Shown: positions 19,341 through 28,887, counted from the stretch's first letter. The stretch: 64,000 bases of DNA from Gemmatimonadales bacterium (GCA_038321865.1 JBBQFH010000003.1:32001-96000); one strand, 5' to 3'. Numbers and translations: made by a program. Notes: generated by a model from the sequence alone, not told the origin.

Positions 19341-20336
19341 ATGGCCGATGATCCGGGGTCCGTGCTGCCGGGCCCCTCGCGCCCGCGGCTGGTGGTGCAG
19401 ATCCGCCAGGCGATCCGGGTGCGGCATTACAGCCGGCGGACCGAGGAGGCGTACGTCGCGTGGGTGCGGCGGTACGTGCGCTTTCACGGGATGCGGCATC
19501 CCGCCGAGCTCGACGCGGGCGACGTCGCCCGTTTTCTGACCAACCTGGCTGATCGGGGCCGGGTGAGCGCATCCACCCAGAACCAGGCGCTGAGCGCGCT
19601 GCTCTTCCTCTATAGAGATGTGCTCGGCCGCGATTTTGGGTGGCTCACGACGGTGGTGCGGGCCAAGCGGCCCAAGCGGCTGCCGACGGTGCTCACCCGG
19701 GAGGAGGTGGCGGAGACGCTGCGCCGGCTGCCGGGGACGCGGCGGCTGATGGGCGAGCTGCTGTACGGCAGCGGGCTCCGGCTGCTGGAATGCATGCAGC
19801 TCCGGGTGAAGGACGCCGACTTCGGCGGCCGGCAGCTGATGGTGCGGGGCGGGAAGGGCGGGCGGGACCGGGTGACCCTGCTGCCGGGGGTGGTAGCGGG
19901 GCCGTTGCGCGCGCATCTGGAGGGGGTGGCCGCCCAGCATGCGCGTGATCTGGCGAGCGGGGCGGGGCGGGCGCCGCTGCCGGAGGCGCTGGAGCGGAAG
20001 TATCCCGGCGCGGGGCTCGAGTGGGGCTGGCAGTACGTCTTCCCGGCGACCCGCCTCCGCTGGGACCGGCTTCGGAAGGAATGGACGCGGCACCACCTGC
20101 ACGAGTCGGTGCTCCAGCGGGCGGTGTATCAGGCGGCGCGCGAGGCCGGCATCGCCAAGCGGGTGAGCTGCCACAGCTTCCGCCACAGCTTCGCGACTCA
20201 TCTGCTGGAGGACGGGTACGACATCCGGACGGTGCAGGAGCTGTTGGGCCACAAGGATGTGAGCACCGCGATGATCTACACGCACGTGCTGAACCGGGGG
20301 CCGAAGGCGGTGCAGAGCCCGGTGGACCGGCTGTGA
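19341..20336 (+). CDS. intI: Integron integrase
   Basis: N-terminal [10 protein letters not shown] and SASTQNQAL; catalytic R (GSGLR), K (GKG), HxxR (HSFRH), H (LGH), Y (IYTH); integron-specific insertion [19 protein letters not shown]. Confidence 0.97.
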   Translation: MADDPGSVLPGPSRPRLVVQIRQAIRVRHYSRRTEEAYVAWVRRYVRFHGMRHPAELDAGDVARFLTNLADRGRVSASTQNQALSALLFLYRDVLGRDFGWLTTVVRAKRPKRLPTVLTREEVAETLRRLPGTRRLMGELLYGSGLRLLECMQLRVKDADFGGRQLMVRGGKGGRDRVTLLPGVVAGPLRAHLEGVAAQHARDLASGAGRAPLPEALERKYPGAGLEWGWQYVFPATRLRWDRLRKEWTRHHLHESVLQRAVYQAAREAGIAKRVSCHSFRHSFATHLLEDGYDIRTVQELLGHKDVSTAMIYTHVLNRGPKAVQSPVDRL

Positions 20337-20430
20337 CGGCGTCTCGGCGCGATCGCGTCGGGTCCGAGGGAGGTGGCGAGGCTCCTGACGCGGGCATCGA
20401 GGGATCTCGGACGGGTGGCGTGCCTGCTCA

Positions 20431-20514
20431 ATCCGGTTGCGGCGTGTCTCTCGCCGGTTGCGACGTGTCGCTCGCCGGTTGCGACGTTCCTCTCGCCGCC
20501 GGCGAGGCTTCTGT
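20431..20514. repeat. Degenerate 21-bp tandem repeat
   Basis: CGCCGGTTGCGACGTGTCGCT-like units at 20431, 20452, 20473, 20494. Confidence 0.7.
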
Positions 20515-20765
20515 GTGACGCCGCGTCCGGCCTGCGGGTGGTGAGGCGGGTGCTGGCGTGGGTGGCGGGGTTGCTGGCGGGCCGGGTCCGGTCATTCGCG
20601 GATGCCGCGGGGCTCCTGCTTTTGCCTGCGCGGTGTCTCTGTGTCCGATGGTGCCGCCTGACGCTTCCGGCGGCGACCCTCGCGGGTCCGGGCTGACGCC
20701 TGTCGGCTCGCGCGGCACTCGGGGCGGCTGGTGATCACTCGCGCCGGGCCGAGAAAGATTTTGAG

Positions 20766-20912
20766 CGGCTGAAGCGGGTCGCGCGCGCCCTCGGGCTGGC
20801 GGCGCTCGCCCTGATGCAGGACGCGCTCACCCTGATGCCGGCAGTGGGCGCCCTGATGCCGGCAGTGCGTGCGCTGATACCGGCGGTGCTCGCCCTGAAA
20901 GCGGCATGGGGC
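20766..20912. repeat. Degenerate 21-bp tandem repeat (about 7 units)
   Basis: GCCCTGATGCCGGCAGTGCGT-like units at 20808, 20829, 20850, 20871, 20892 plus two weaker upstream units. Confidence 0.8.
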
Positions 20913-21209
20913 GGTCTACGGTGTCCGATATGCCGGCTGAGGGATGGTGAGGCGTCTGGGGGCGAAGTGGGGCGCTCGCTCGCGGCGCCGACAAGCGGCG
21001 CCGACAAGCGGGGGGGGGGCCCGGTGGCGGCCTCCTCCTGCGGGCGGTATGCTGGTATGAGCTGCGCGGTCCCGCGCGCCGAGCAAAGCCGCGGCGGCGG
21101 CAGTCTATTTCCCGCTGCCTATTCCCGCCGGATTGCAACGCAGGGCCCGTGGCGGACTTTCGCCGGCATGTCGGCCCTGGTCCGGGTCTGAACCGGCGTT
21201 GGGGGCGCG

Positions 21210-21248
21210 GTATTGTCTTTCTAATGGGCTGTCTAGTTCGCATTAGGC
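21210..21248 (+). other. Candidate attI site
   Basis: ATTAGGC at 21242-21248 opens cassette 1 with no attC upstream; preceded by inverse-core-like GTCTAGT and TTCTAAT. Confidence 0.7.
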
Positions 21249-21267
21249 GGCAACTAGGAGGTCGTGT

Positions 21268-22134
21268 ATGCGGAGTCTTTCGTTCCTGATCGCGTTCACC
21301 CTCGGCCTCGGCGTGCCCGGCACCATCAGTGCGCAGAAGCACTGTGCCGCCCGTGATGCCAATGGTGTGGTCCGCGGTCAGGTGCTCGACGAACTTGCGC
21401 GGCAGCCGGTCGAGAATGCGCTGGTGACCGTTCCGGCGTTGCCTGGATGCGCGGTTGTCACGGACGCGCGCGGTCGATTTGGATTTCCGCGCCTAGCCGT
21501 CGGTCCGACGCGGCTGCACGTGGCCTTCGTCGGCTTGCACACTCCCGACCACACGATCAGCGTTGCCGCCGGCGTGCCAGCAGATGTCACCATCCTGCTT
21601 CAAGGCTTCCGGGAGCCCGACATCGCCACTCTGGACCGCTTACCCCCGGCGGAACAGATGAGCATGCTGCAGGCGGTGATCGCCTACTACCGTCAGCCAG
21701 ACCGCGATGGTGAGGTTGCGGCGGTTCGCGAAACCGAACGTGTGACCGGAAGCAGGCCCACGCCTGCACTGGCTCAGCCGGGGTTGCTGTTGTATGTGGA
21801 TTCCGAGACCGTGACAGCGATCGATTCGGCCGCATTGCGCGCAACCGGCACGCAGGTATGCCGGCCACCACAGCTCGCCGGGTGCCCAGGCAATGGCGCG
21901 GTTACGTTTCTCCGCCTGTGGGGACCGCGCCGGACCACCGTAGACACCGCGTTCTATCGAGTTGATGACTTGGTGGCCGATCCTGCCGCTTGCCGCCGCG
22001 GGAACGGCTTCGTGGGCTCATCGCGCAGCGTCGCTATTGTAGCGCGTGGCAGTGACGGCTGGAAGGTCGTCGAATCCCGTCCGAGCTTGAGTGCATCCGG
22101 TAGCTGCGGCCCGCGCCGGCGCGCGGCGCGCTAG
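21268..22134 (+). CDS. Cassette 1: secreted protein with carboxypeptidase-regulatory-like domain
   Basis: AGGAGG RBS, signal peptide, VRGQVLD..PVENALV..TDARGRF. Confidence 0.8.
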   Translation: MRSLSFLIAFTLGLGVPGTISAQKHCAARDANGVVRGQVLDELARQPVENALVTVPALPGCAVVTDARGRFGFPRLAVGPTRLHVAFVGLHTPDHTISVAAGVPADVTILLQGFREPDIATLDRLPPAEQMSMLQAVIAYYRQPDRDGEVAAVRETERVTGSRPTPALAQPGLLLYVDSETVTAIDSAALRATGTQVCRPPQLAGCPGNGAVTFLRLWGPRRTTVDTAFYRVDDLVADPAACRRGNGFVGSSRSVAIVARGSDGWKVVESRPSLSASGSCGPRRRAAR

Positions 22135-22136
22135 CC

Positions 22137-22235
22137 GCCTAATCACTGCATGCAGCCGACAAAGCGGCCGGGTTTTCTCTCTGCATGCCCGAAGTACCTG
22201 ATGGCCGCTTTGCAGCTGATGCGAAGGCATTAGGC
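22137..22235 (+). repeat. attC 1 (AAT type)
   Basis: GCCTAAT-CACTG-CATGCAGC...GCTGATG-CGAAGGC-ATTAGGC; AAAGCGGCC arm variant. Confidence 0.9.
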
Positions 22236-22624
22236 CGCTCCAGCGGTCCAGCAAGAACTGGTCGTGGGTTCCTTGATCGGCGCCGCTCCGATGCCGGAGC
22301 GGCAGCCCGGGTGCCCGCCCCCGCAGGTCGCGACGCTAGTCGCTGCGGAAGCGTTGCATTCGCTCAGCGGGCGCCCGCACCTGGCGCGCTGGCGGCGCGG
22401 GCCCAAAGCCATCGGCGCGTCGAGGCAGAACGATCGTGGCACCGCCAGCACGGCGATCTGGTTGGGCGCGCCGCGTCCCTCGATCCAGTGACATTCCGGT
22501 GCTGCGCCCGGCGGCCCCGGTTGGGAGCGTCGGCGCCCATCGTGTGACAGCGGCGCACGGTGCGCCGCGGAACAGCTGGTCTGCGTCGGGCGGCCGAGTG
22601 TGCCGGGTCCATCGAGGGCTAGCG

Positions 22625-22720
22625 TCCTAATTACTGCATGCAGCAGACAGGGCCACCCGAGTTCATGCCATTAGCATAGAATTGATTAGTGGCCCTGCAG
22701 CTGATGCGAGGGCATTAGAC
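22625..22720 (+). repeat. attC 2
   Basis: TCCTAAT...ATTAGAC. Confidence 0.9.
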
Positions 22721-22805
22721 AGGCACGACTTCGGAGGGTCCAATCGAGGAACTTGTTCAGCGTGAGAACTTCACGGCCCGCGATCCGGCAGTTGAAGCCC
22801 GTGTC

Positions 22806-23429
22806 ATGCGCGCGGTCATCGCGCTAATTGTCGTTCCGACCGCCGCGTTCTGCGTCGCGATCTACATGGACTGGAGCCTGCGCGGTCAGGCGTTCTGGCG
22901 GGGGCTGTTCCTCTCCGTCGGCATGAGCCTCTTCTTCAGCGTCGGCCTAACGGCGCTTGCCTTTTTGGTAACGGCGCCTTCCACGCTACGGCGATTGCGA
23001 CAACGATTGGATATGATCTTCGCGAACGACCCGCGGGTTGTGCCGCTGGCTCCGCGTGACGCCACACACCGGCTGGTTTGCGCATGGGTACTCCCGCGCC
23101 GGCGCTTCTATGGCGGGAGCCTCTATGTCTGCGCGACAAGGCTGCGGTTCCAAGGCCACTATCCCGTTGCCCCTTGGTGGCGCCGCGCCCATGAAGAGAC
23201 CCTGGCCCTCGACCTGGGGCCGCTGCGATCCATTGTCATCGAGTGTGGGACGTTGTCGCGAACTTGGTGGGAGCGTTGGTTGGCGGTACCCGCACTTATG
23301 GCAATGGTTCTCAGGTCAGAGGACATCGAACTGATACTACGCTGCGCAGCTGTCGAGGAGGCGGCTCGCGGCCTCGAGGCCTGCCTTGACCGGCTTCGGC
23401 ACGAGGGCACAATGGCCCCGCCTGTCTAA
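22806..23429 (+). CDS. Cassette 3: membrane protein of unknown function
   Basis: Two N-terminal hydrophobic segments; stop codon TAA lies inside the attC R'' box. Confidence 0.75.
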   Translation: MRAVIALIVVPTAAFCVAIYMDWSLRGQAFWRGLFLSVGMSLFFSVGLTALAFLVTAPSTLRRLRQRLDMIFANDPRVVPLAPRDATHRLVCAWVLPRRRFYGGSLYVCATRLRFQGHYPVAPWWRRAHEETLALDLGPLRSIVIECGTLSRTWWERWLAVPALMAMVLRSEDIELILRCAAVEEAARGLEACLDRLRHEGTMAPPV

Positions 23430-23520
23430 TCACTGCATGCAGCAGACAGGGCCACGAGAGTTCAAACCATTCTTAGGCATATGATTAGTGAGCCCTGCAG
23501 CTGATGCGAGGGCATTAGAC
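23424..23520 (+). repeat. attC 3
   Basis: GTCTAAT...ATTAGAC. Confidence 0.92.
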
Positions 23521-23537
23521 CGCCACGGAGATCATGT

Positions 23538-24020
23538 ATGCTTCGCTGGATCGGAGCCCTCGTCCTGCTTCTGGGCACCAGTCGGGCACTGCCCGCGCAG
23601 ACCCCGGCGGCGCCACGTCCGAAGGGCGTTCCGGCGCCCACCGCCATCGCGGGACGTCCGGTATGGGACACCAGCTTCGTGCGCGTGCTCAACGCGCCTG
23701 AGCTGCTCGCGGAAGGCGCGGCCGGGCGCCCCCAGCTCCGGGTCCGCGTCACCGGAGTGCTCGGCGCGTGGGCCGAGCTCGACTGCGACTGCCTCCTGAC
23801 CACGCTCTATATCGCGGTGAGCGATGGCGCCGAAGACGAGGCGACGCTGCGTGCCTTCCGGCTCCCGGGGCTGCTGGATCCCAAGATCGACAGCTTGGTG
23901 ACGGAGGCGGACGTGCCCGTGCTCTACGTCAGCTATGGTCTCGCTTCGCAGCGGCGGATCGCGCGGCTGGCGGTCAGCCTTCAGGGGGTGCGCAGCACCG
24001 GAGCGCGAGCCCGTCAGTGA
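23538..24020 (+). CDS. Cassette 4: secreted hypothetical protein
   Basis: GGAG RBS, signal peptide, fills the cassette. Confidence 0.8.
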   Translation: MLRWIGALVLLLGTSRALPAQTPAAPRPKGVPAPTAIAGRPVWDTSFVRVLNAPELLAEGAAGRPQLRVRVTGVLGAWAELDCDCLLTTLYIAVSDGAEDEATLRAFRLPGLLDPKIDSLVTEADVPVLYVSYGLASQRRIARLAVSLQGVRSTGARARQ

Positions 24021-24026
24021 GTCGCG

Positions 24027-24122
24027 GTCTAATCACTGCATGCAGCAGACAGGGCCACCGAGCTACTCCGCATGTGCTGAGATATTGATAGTGGCCCTGC
24101 AGCTGATGCGAATGCATTAGAC
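24027..24122 (+). repeat. attC 4
   Basis: GTCTAAT...ATTAGAC. Confidence 0.92.
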
Positions 24123-24148
24123 CGCAACAACGCTCAGCCGGAGAACCG

Positions 24149-24418
24149 ATGATCTCCCAGTGTTCGCAGTGCAGCGGTGCGCTTGTTCGAGGCGATCTAC
24201 GGTCAGGCGTGCTCAGCTTCGGCGACTTCTTCGTTGAGCACGCAGGCGATGAGCGGACATTCATGGGTGCGCCGAAGCCCCGCCCCGGCGTCCAGCGTGA
24301 CAATCGCGTTATCTCATTTGCGTGCACGCAGTGCGGACTTGTGACGAGCTACTTGGAGCGTGCGCTCGCGCCGGGCTCGGACGGCTCCCAGGGGATTTCC
24401 GGACCGCCTGCGGTCTAA
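24149..24418 (+). CDS. Cassette 5: small zinc-ribbon-like protein
   Basis: CSQC...CTQCG; stop codon inside R''. Confidence 0.75.
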   Translation: MISQCSQCSGALVRGDLRSGVLSFGDFFVEHAGDERTFMGAPKPRPGVQRDNRVISFACTQCGLVTSYLERALAPGSDGSQGISGPPAV

Positions 24419-24508
24419 TCACTGCATGCAGCAGACAGCGCCACCGGGCTACTCCGCATGTGTTGAAATATGATAAGTGGCCCTGCAGCTGATGCGAGGG
24501 CATTAGAC
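24413..24508 (+). repeat. attC 5
   Basis: GTCTAAT...ATTAGAC. Confidence 0.92.
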
Positions 24509-24526
24509 AGCCAAGGAGGTTGCGAT

Positions 24527-24961
24527 ATGGCAGATCCATTTGCAGGCGTGAACCTTCCCAGTTTCTCCGTGCCGGAAATCCGCATGCCTAGTTACGGCGC
24601 GGTGTCGGCTGCGCAGATGGAGGAGATCTCGCGCAGCTTGGCCGAGGCCGCGGACGCGAAATCCGCCCGAGGCCTAGTCAAACGCCTCATGGCTGAGGTC
24701 CGCGAGTTTGAGGAGAGACTCGACGAAAGTCACGAGGTTGGCGTGAGGCTCGTCTCGTTCGGTCAGAGTTTGGTATTCCATGTTCACCAGATCGGCTATA
24801 TCCAACCCAACCTGGTCACTTTCGCTGGGACTACTGACGATTCTCAGCCAGTGCGTCTCGTGCAGCATATGAGTCAACTGAGCTTCCTACTCATGCGTGT
24901 TCCGCGGCTCAACCCGGAGCAGCCGCGTCGCCCTATCGGCTTTAGGGAAAGTTCAGAGTAG
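24527..24961 (+). CDS. Cassette 6: DUF6173-like protein
   Basis: AAGGAGG RBS; EVGVRLVSFG, IGYIQP, LVQHMSQLSFLL, PIGF pattern recognised from memory. Confidence 0.75.
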   Translation: MADPFAGVNLPSFSVPEIRMPSYGAVSAAQMEEISRSLAEAADAKSARGLVKRLMAEVREFEERLDESHEVGVRLVSFGQSLVFHVHQIGYIQPNLVTFAGTTDDSQPVRLVQHMSQLSFLLMRVPRLNPEQPRRPIGFRESSE

Positions 24962-24966
24962 CGGCT

Positions 24967-25063
24967 GTCTAATCACTGCATGCAGCAGACAGGGCCACGA
25001 GAGTTCAAGCCATTCTTAGGCATATGATTAGTGGGCCCTGCAGCTGATGCGAGGGCATTAGGC
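24967..25063 (+). repeat. attC 6
   Basis: GTCTAAT...ATTAGGC. Confidence 0.92.
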
Positions 25064-25085
25064 AGTTACACGAACTTGAGGCTCC

Positions 25086-25478
25086 ATGCGACCAAGGATT
25101 GTTGGCAGCCATGACGGCGAACCAGTCTCGCCTGGGCTCCGCCCGCTGCTCAACGACGCCTACGACGAGATTGTTCGGCAGCCATCGAACCTTGGAGCGC
25201 TCAAAGGTGCACTCGATCGCATGCTAGCCTTCCTCTGCTCGGCTCAAGGCAGGACTGCCGCGAACTGCATAGAGGTCGATCGTTTCTTCTTCGCGCACAT
25301 GCTGGACGGCGTGACCTGGGAGCATTTGCCCGAGTCGTACACGGACGTGATGGGCGACATAGGTGGCCAACTCCATAACACGTTTGCCGCACCAGAAATG
25401 GCGGAGAACTTCGACGGCACACCGGAGCAGCTCCTTGAACAGGTGCGCGCGTTGAAGATCGATCCGGGTACTGCCTAA
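25086..25478 (+). CDS. Cassette 7: hypothetical protein
   Basis: Fills the cassette; stop codon inside R''. Confidence 0.8.
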   Translation: MRPRIVGSHDGEPVSPGLRPLLNDAYDEIVRQPSNLGALKGALDRMLAFLCSAQGRTAANCIEVDRFFFAHMLDGVTWEHLPESYTDVMGDIGGQLHNTFAAPEMAENFDGTPEQLLEQVRALKIDPGTA

Positions 25479-25570
25479 TCACTGCATGCAGCAGACGAAG
25501 CGGCCGGGCCTTGATGTGTGTCCCTTGAGAATCATTTGGCCGCTTCGCAGCTGATGCGAATGCATTAGGC
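25473..25570 (+). repeat. attC 7
   Basis: GCCTAAT...ATTAGGC; GAAGCGGCC arm variant like attC 1. Confidence 0.9.
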
Positions 25571-25601
25571 GGCTCCGAACACCTGGGCCGCGCGCCGCGG
25601 G

Positions 25602-25949
25602 CTACTCATGGCGATGAATCAGCGCTCCGATCAGCGCACCACTGCCGGTGCCAACGACAACGAGGCCTACAGCGCGGCCCCAGCCAGGGCAGTCGGCGTT
25701 TGCGTCTGAATCGCACTGCGTAAGGCTGACAATTGCGAGTGCGGTTCCTGCGACAGCCCCAATGATGAGGCCGCGCTTCCACTGATTCGGCTGGTATGGC
25801 GCCGGCGCACGAACTGAGGCGGCGGTATGCGCGACGGACCATGAAACGATAACGGGGTTCGTGCGTGGGCCTTGGGCGATGGCGGCGGTCGCGAGACAGA
25901 GGCTAGCCAGAGCGCCCCCGACAGTGGTGAGTGCATGGCGCGCTCGCAT
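25602..25949 (-). CDS. Cassette 8: reverse-oriented small secreted/membrane protein
   Basis: GGAG RBS on the minus strand, signal peptide, GxxxG-rich helices (GLIIGAVAG, GALIGALI). Confidence 0.7.
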   Translation of the reverse strand: MRARHALTTVGGALASLCLATAAIAQGPRTNPVIVSWSVAHTAASVRAPAPYQPNQWKRGLIIGAVAGTALAIVSLTQCDSDANADCPGWGRAVGLVVVGTGSGALIGALIHRHE

Positions 25950-26100
25950 TCGGGAACTCCGTGCGGAGGGATTGTCCAGCCTAACGCGATCAGTGTCAGG
26001 AAATCATGAGGTGCACGTGAGAGGCCCGGACTCTGTTCCGCGCGCTCGCGCACTCACTCAAGAACAGAATGAAGGGGAGCCGGCGGTTGTTGGGACAGCC

Positions 26101-26197
26101 GCCTAATCACTGCATGCAGCAGACAGGGCCACCGGCGCCCTCAGCAGTCTTTCGGCATTTGAATGGAGGCCCTGCAGCTGATGCGAGGGCATTAGGC
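26101..26197 (+). repeat. attC 8
   Basis: GCCTAAT...ATTAGGC. Confidence 0.9.
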
Positions 26198-26232
26198 GGC
26201 TGCACAGCCCGTCGTTAAAACCACGAGGTTCC

Positions 26233-26919
26233 ATGCGCCGAACCGCACTCGTGCTTACGCTAGTCTTCATCGGCACCCGACACGCCCAGTCGCAAACGAT
26301 CGGAGCCGTTTGTACGGCGGTGGATCGGCACGCGCTCGTGCGAACAATGACGGTACCCCACTTCCGGGACTATCAGCCCCAGTTAATCGCAGCGCTGACG
26401 GGGCGCGAAGCGAGCGAGCCGTCGCAAAATCAGGTGACCGCGCTTTGGGCGGCCGACTCGGTGAGCGTGCTTTGGAGTCTGTCGGCGATTGTCGCGCACC
26501 CGGAGCAGGTAGGCTCGGAAACGGCTCGCGCGGCCGCCATGATGTACAAGGCACATCATGGCCCGGCCGCCATCATGCTCGTCGGGCAACTCGAGGGTCA
26601 GGTGGCTAGTGAGGTCGCGGTGCCTGACGCCTTGGAGGCCGTGACGCCGCCGCTGCAGCCTCTGGAGGAGGAAGCGGTGTTTGCGCTGACGTGTGATGCA
26701 GTGTGGTTACTGAACGCGTTGGCGCAGGATACGGCCTACAGGGTGCCAAGGCAGCCGACATCGCGCATCCGTTGGGCCGGCCTTGCGGCGGCCACATTAC
26801 GTGAGGGTGCGCGTCTCATAAGAGGCGGTCGCCGACCGATCTTGCTTGGGTGGATCGCCGACCTCAAGGCGCGTGGTGTGCTAACAGACCAGCATAGCGA
26901 GTTCGACGTCGCCCACTAG
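26233..26919 (+). CDS. Cassette 9: secreted hypothetical protein
   Basis: GAGG RBS, signal peptide, fills the cassette. Confidence 0.75.
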   Translation: MRRTALVLTLVFIGTRHAQSQTIGAVCTAVDRHALVRTMTVPHFRDYQPQLIAALTGREASEPSQNQVTALWAADSVSVLWSLSAIVAHPEQVGSETARAAAMMYKAHHGPAAIMLVGQLEGQVASEVAVPDALEAVTPPLQPLEEEAVFALTCDAVWLLNALAQDTAYRVPRQPTSRIRWAGLAAATLREGARLIRGGRRPILLGWIADLKARGVLTDQHSEFDVAH

Positions 26920-26934
26920 AATCACGCGAGCCCC

Positions 26935-27031
26935 GCCTAATCACTGCATGCAGCAGACAGGGCCACCGAGCCACTCCGCATGCCTTGAAATATGATGAGT
27001 GGGCCCTGCAGCTGATGCGAATGCATTAGGC
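26935..27031 (+). repeat. attC 9
   Basis: GCCTAAT...ATTAGGC. Confidence 0.92.
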
Positions 27032-27054
27032 AGCAACCATTCACGGAAGGCTTC

Positions 27055-27504
27055 ATGATGACCGCCGCGATTCACGCGATCGGCTCCCCACCAAAACGGG
27101 ATCGCACGGCTTCCGTCCTGCAAACGGCGCGCGTCGCGTTGGCCGTCGCAGGCGCCGCGGCGCTGTACCGCGTTGCCGTCGCGGTTCTGTCGACTCTCGT
27201 TGATGGACCGTCGAAGGTTCGATTTCTCCTTTTTTATGGCACAATCGCGCTGGTCGCAGTCGCGCTGCGGTGGGGCGTTGATCGGCGCGCGAGCGTTGCT
27301 CGCTGGGCCTGCGTGGTCGCCGGGCTCCCAATGGTGGCCGCCCTCATTCGTGGTCGCGGAGCGTTTGCCACCTTTTGGCACTACTTCCCGGTGCCAGTCG
27401 CCGACGTACTCCTTTTCCTCGTGTGGCCGCTGATGATCATCGGCTTCGTTGTGGCGGGAGCTTGTTGTGCGCTAGCGCAATCGGACTCCGCACGCTGGCG
27501 GTAA
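27055..27504 (+). CDS. Cassette 10: four-helix membrane protein
   Basis: Four hydrophobic segments; fills the cassette. Confidence 0.7.
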   Translation: MMTAAIHAIGSPPKRDRTASVLQTARVALAVAGAAALYRVAVAVLSTLVDGPSKVRFLLFYGTIALVAVALRWGVDRRASVARWACVVAGLPMVAALIRGRGAFATFWHYFPVPVADVLLFLVWPLMIIGFVVAGACCALAQSDSARWR

Positions 27505-27526
27505 CCCCAGCTGTTGTGGCGCGGCC

Positions 27527-27622
27527 GCCTAATCACTGCATGCAGCAGACAGGGCCACCGAAGCCCTCAGCATTAGCGTAGAATTGATTAGTGGCCCTGC
27601 AGCTGATGCGAATGCATTAGGC
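27527..27622 (+). repeat. attC 10
   Basis: GCCTAAT...ATTAGGC. Confidence 0.92.
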
Positions 27623-27639
27623 TGCTTCAAGGACCGCCA

Positions 27640-28122
27640 ATGACTCAAGCTGCACGTCGTGTTCTATCGGATTGCGAAGCAGCGCTCACTGACTTCCGCG
27701 GCTCGACGGGCCTGGAGTGGCGCACACGGTGGGTTTCGGTCATCACCCTGCTACGGGCAGTCGGTCACGTCCTAAAAAAGATTGATAGTCATGCCAGCCC
27801 GGCAGCTGCAGCGGCGATTGACGCAGCTCACGGTCGTCTCTGTGCATCGAGGCCGGAGCCGAAGATCTTCTGGGAATTTATCGAGCAAGAGCGAAACAAT
27901 CTGCTCAAAGAGTATGAGTTTGGCGCCCAGCAGAGTGTGACGGTACGGCCGGGTGGCGTTTGGATCAACATGAAAACAGGCGAGTCTGGCGCAAATCCAG
28001 CAGGGCTGACGAGCTACTCCCAACTTATGCGCGCTGGCCCCTTTGCAGGACAAGACCCATGCGATGTGGCGGCGCAGGCGATCGCATGGTGGAGATCGTA
28101 TTTGGACAGCGTCACATTGTAG
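27640..28122 (+). CDS. Cassette 11: hypothetical cytoplasmic protein
   Basis: AAGGA RBS, fills the cassette, lower GC. Confidence 0.8.
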   Translation: MTQAARRVLSDCEAALTDFRGSTGLEWRTRWVSVITLLRAVGHVLKKIDSHASPAAAAAIDAAHGRLCASRPEPKIFWEFIEQERNNLLKEYEFGAQQSVTVRPGGVWINMKTGESGANPAGLTSYSQLMRAGPFAGQDPCDVAAQAIAWWRSYLDSVTL

Positions 28123-28136
28123 CACCCGTGGCAGCA

Positions 28137-28232
28137 GCCTAATCACTGCATGCAGCAGACAGGGCCACCGGCCTACTCCGCCTGTCTTGGGATATGATTA
28201 GTGGCCCTGCAGCTGATGCGAGGGCATTAGGC
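28137..28232 (+). repeat. attC 11
   Basis: GCCTAAT...ATTAGGC. Confidence 0.92.
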
Positions 28233-28344
28233 CACCACCGGTAAGCCTCACGCGTTTGTTATGATTTGCTCATCTTGCCGTCAGCGGCCGGTCAACCGAC
28301 CAGCGTAATGTTTAAGGGACAGATCCCTCGACTGGAGGTCCCTA

Positions 28345-28851
28345 ATGCGCGCCGCTTCCTCCCTCACTGCCCTGACGCTCCTGTGGTCATTCGGGGTTAT
28401 CTGGCGCTTGACCCCCGATGGCCTGGTGAATCTGAGTTCAGCCACCGCACCTATGTCGGGATTTGTTTGTCCGGAGGGACCGCCGCCACCGCCACCACCT
28501 CCGCCCATTCCAGACCCCGTCCCGCTGGCGGTGGCCGTGCTGCAGCGGGCGAGCGAGGTCATCGTCCCTAACGACGGCGACGCGCCTGAGACGCTGGCCT
28601 GGCAAATGATCGAGGCGGATGCCCGGGCTGACAGCATCTGGATTGAGCTAGGCGGGGCGCAGTCGCCGGCGGCGCGGATCTACGCGTTGCGCGGGCTGGT
28701 CTGGACGGATCCGGTGCGGTCGGCGCGCTTGGCGCAGGAGCTTCGGCAGCAGCCGGACGTTGTCACGATCCGCCGCGGAGATGTCGTGCAAGTCCTGCCG
28801 ATGGCCCGGGCCGTCGAGCGCGCAGGGAATCCCGAGTGGCCGCACCGCTGA
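28345..28851 (+). CDS. Cassette 12: proline-rich exported protein
   Basis: GGAGG RBS, N-terminal hydrophobic segment, poly-Pro tract. Confidence 0.7.
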   Translation: MRAASSLTALTLLWSFGVIWRLTPDGLVNLSSATAPMSGFVCPEGPPPPPPPPPIPDPVPLAVAVLQRASEVIVPNDGDAPETLAWQMIEADARADSIWIELGGAQSPAARIYALRGLVWTDPVRSARLAQELRQQPDVVTIRRGDVVQVLPMARAVERAGNPEWPHR

Positions 28852-28887
28852 CGAGGTCGCTGTAAACCGCCGCTTCGTGCGCCGGTA

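Noticed and set aside
20982..21019. Duplicated GCGGCGCCGACAA followed by a G10 run as an attC remnant or phase-variation tract
   Set aside because: Only loosely resembles an R'' box, has no partner arm, and is not within a credible gene or promoter
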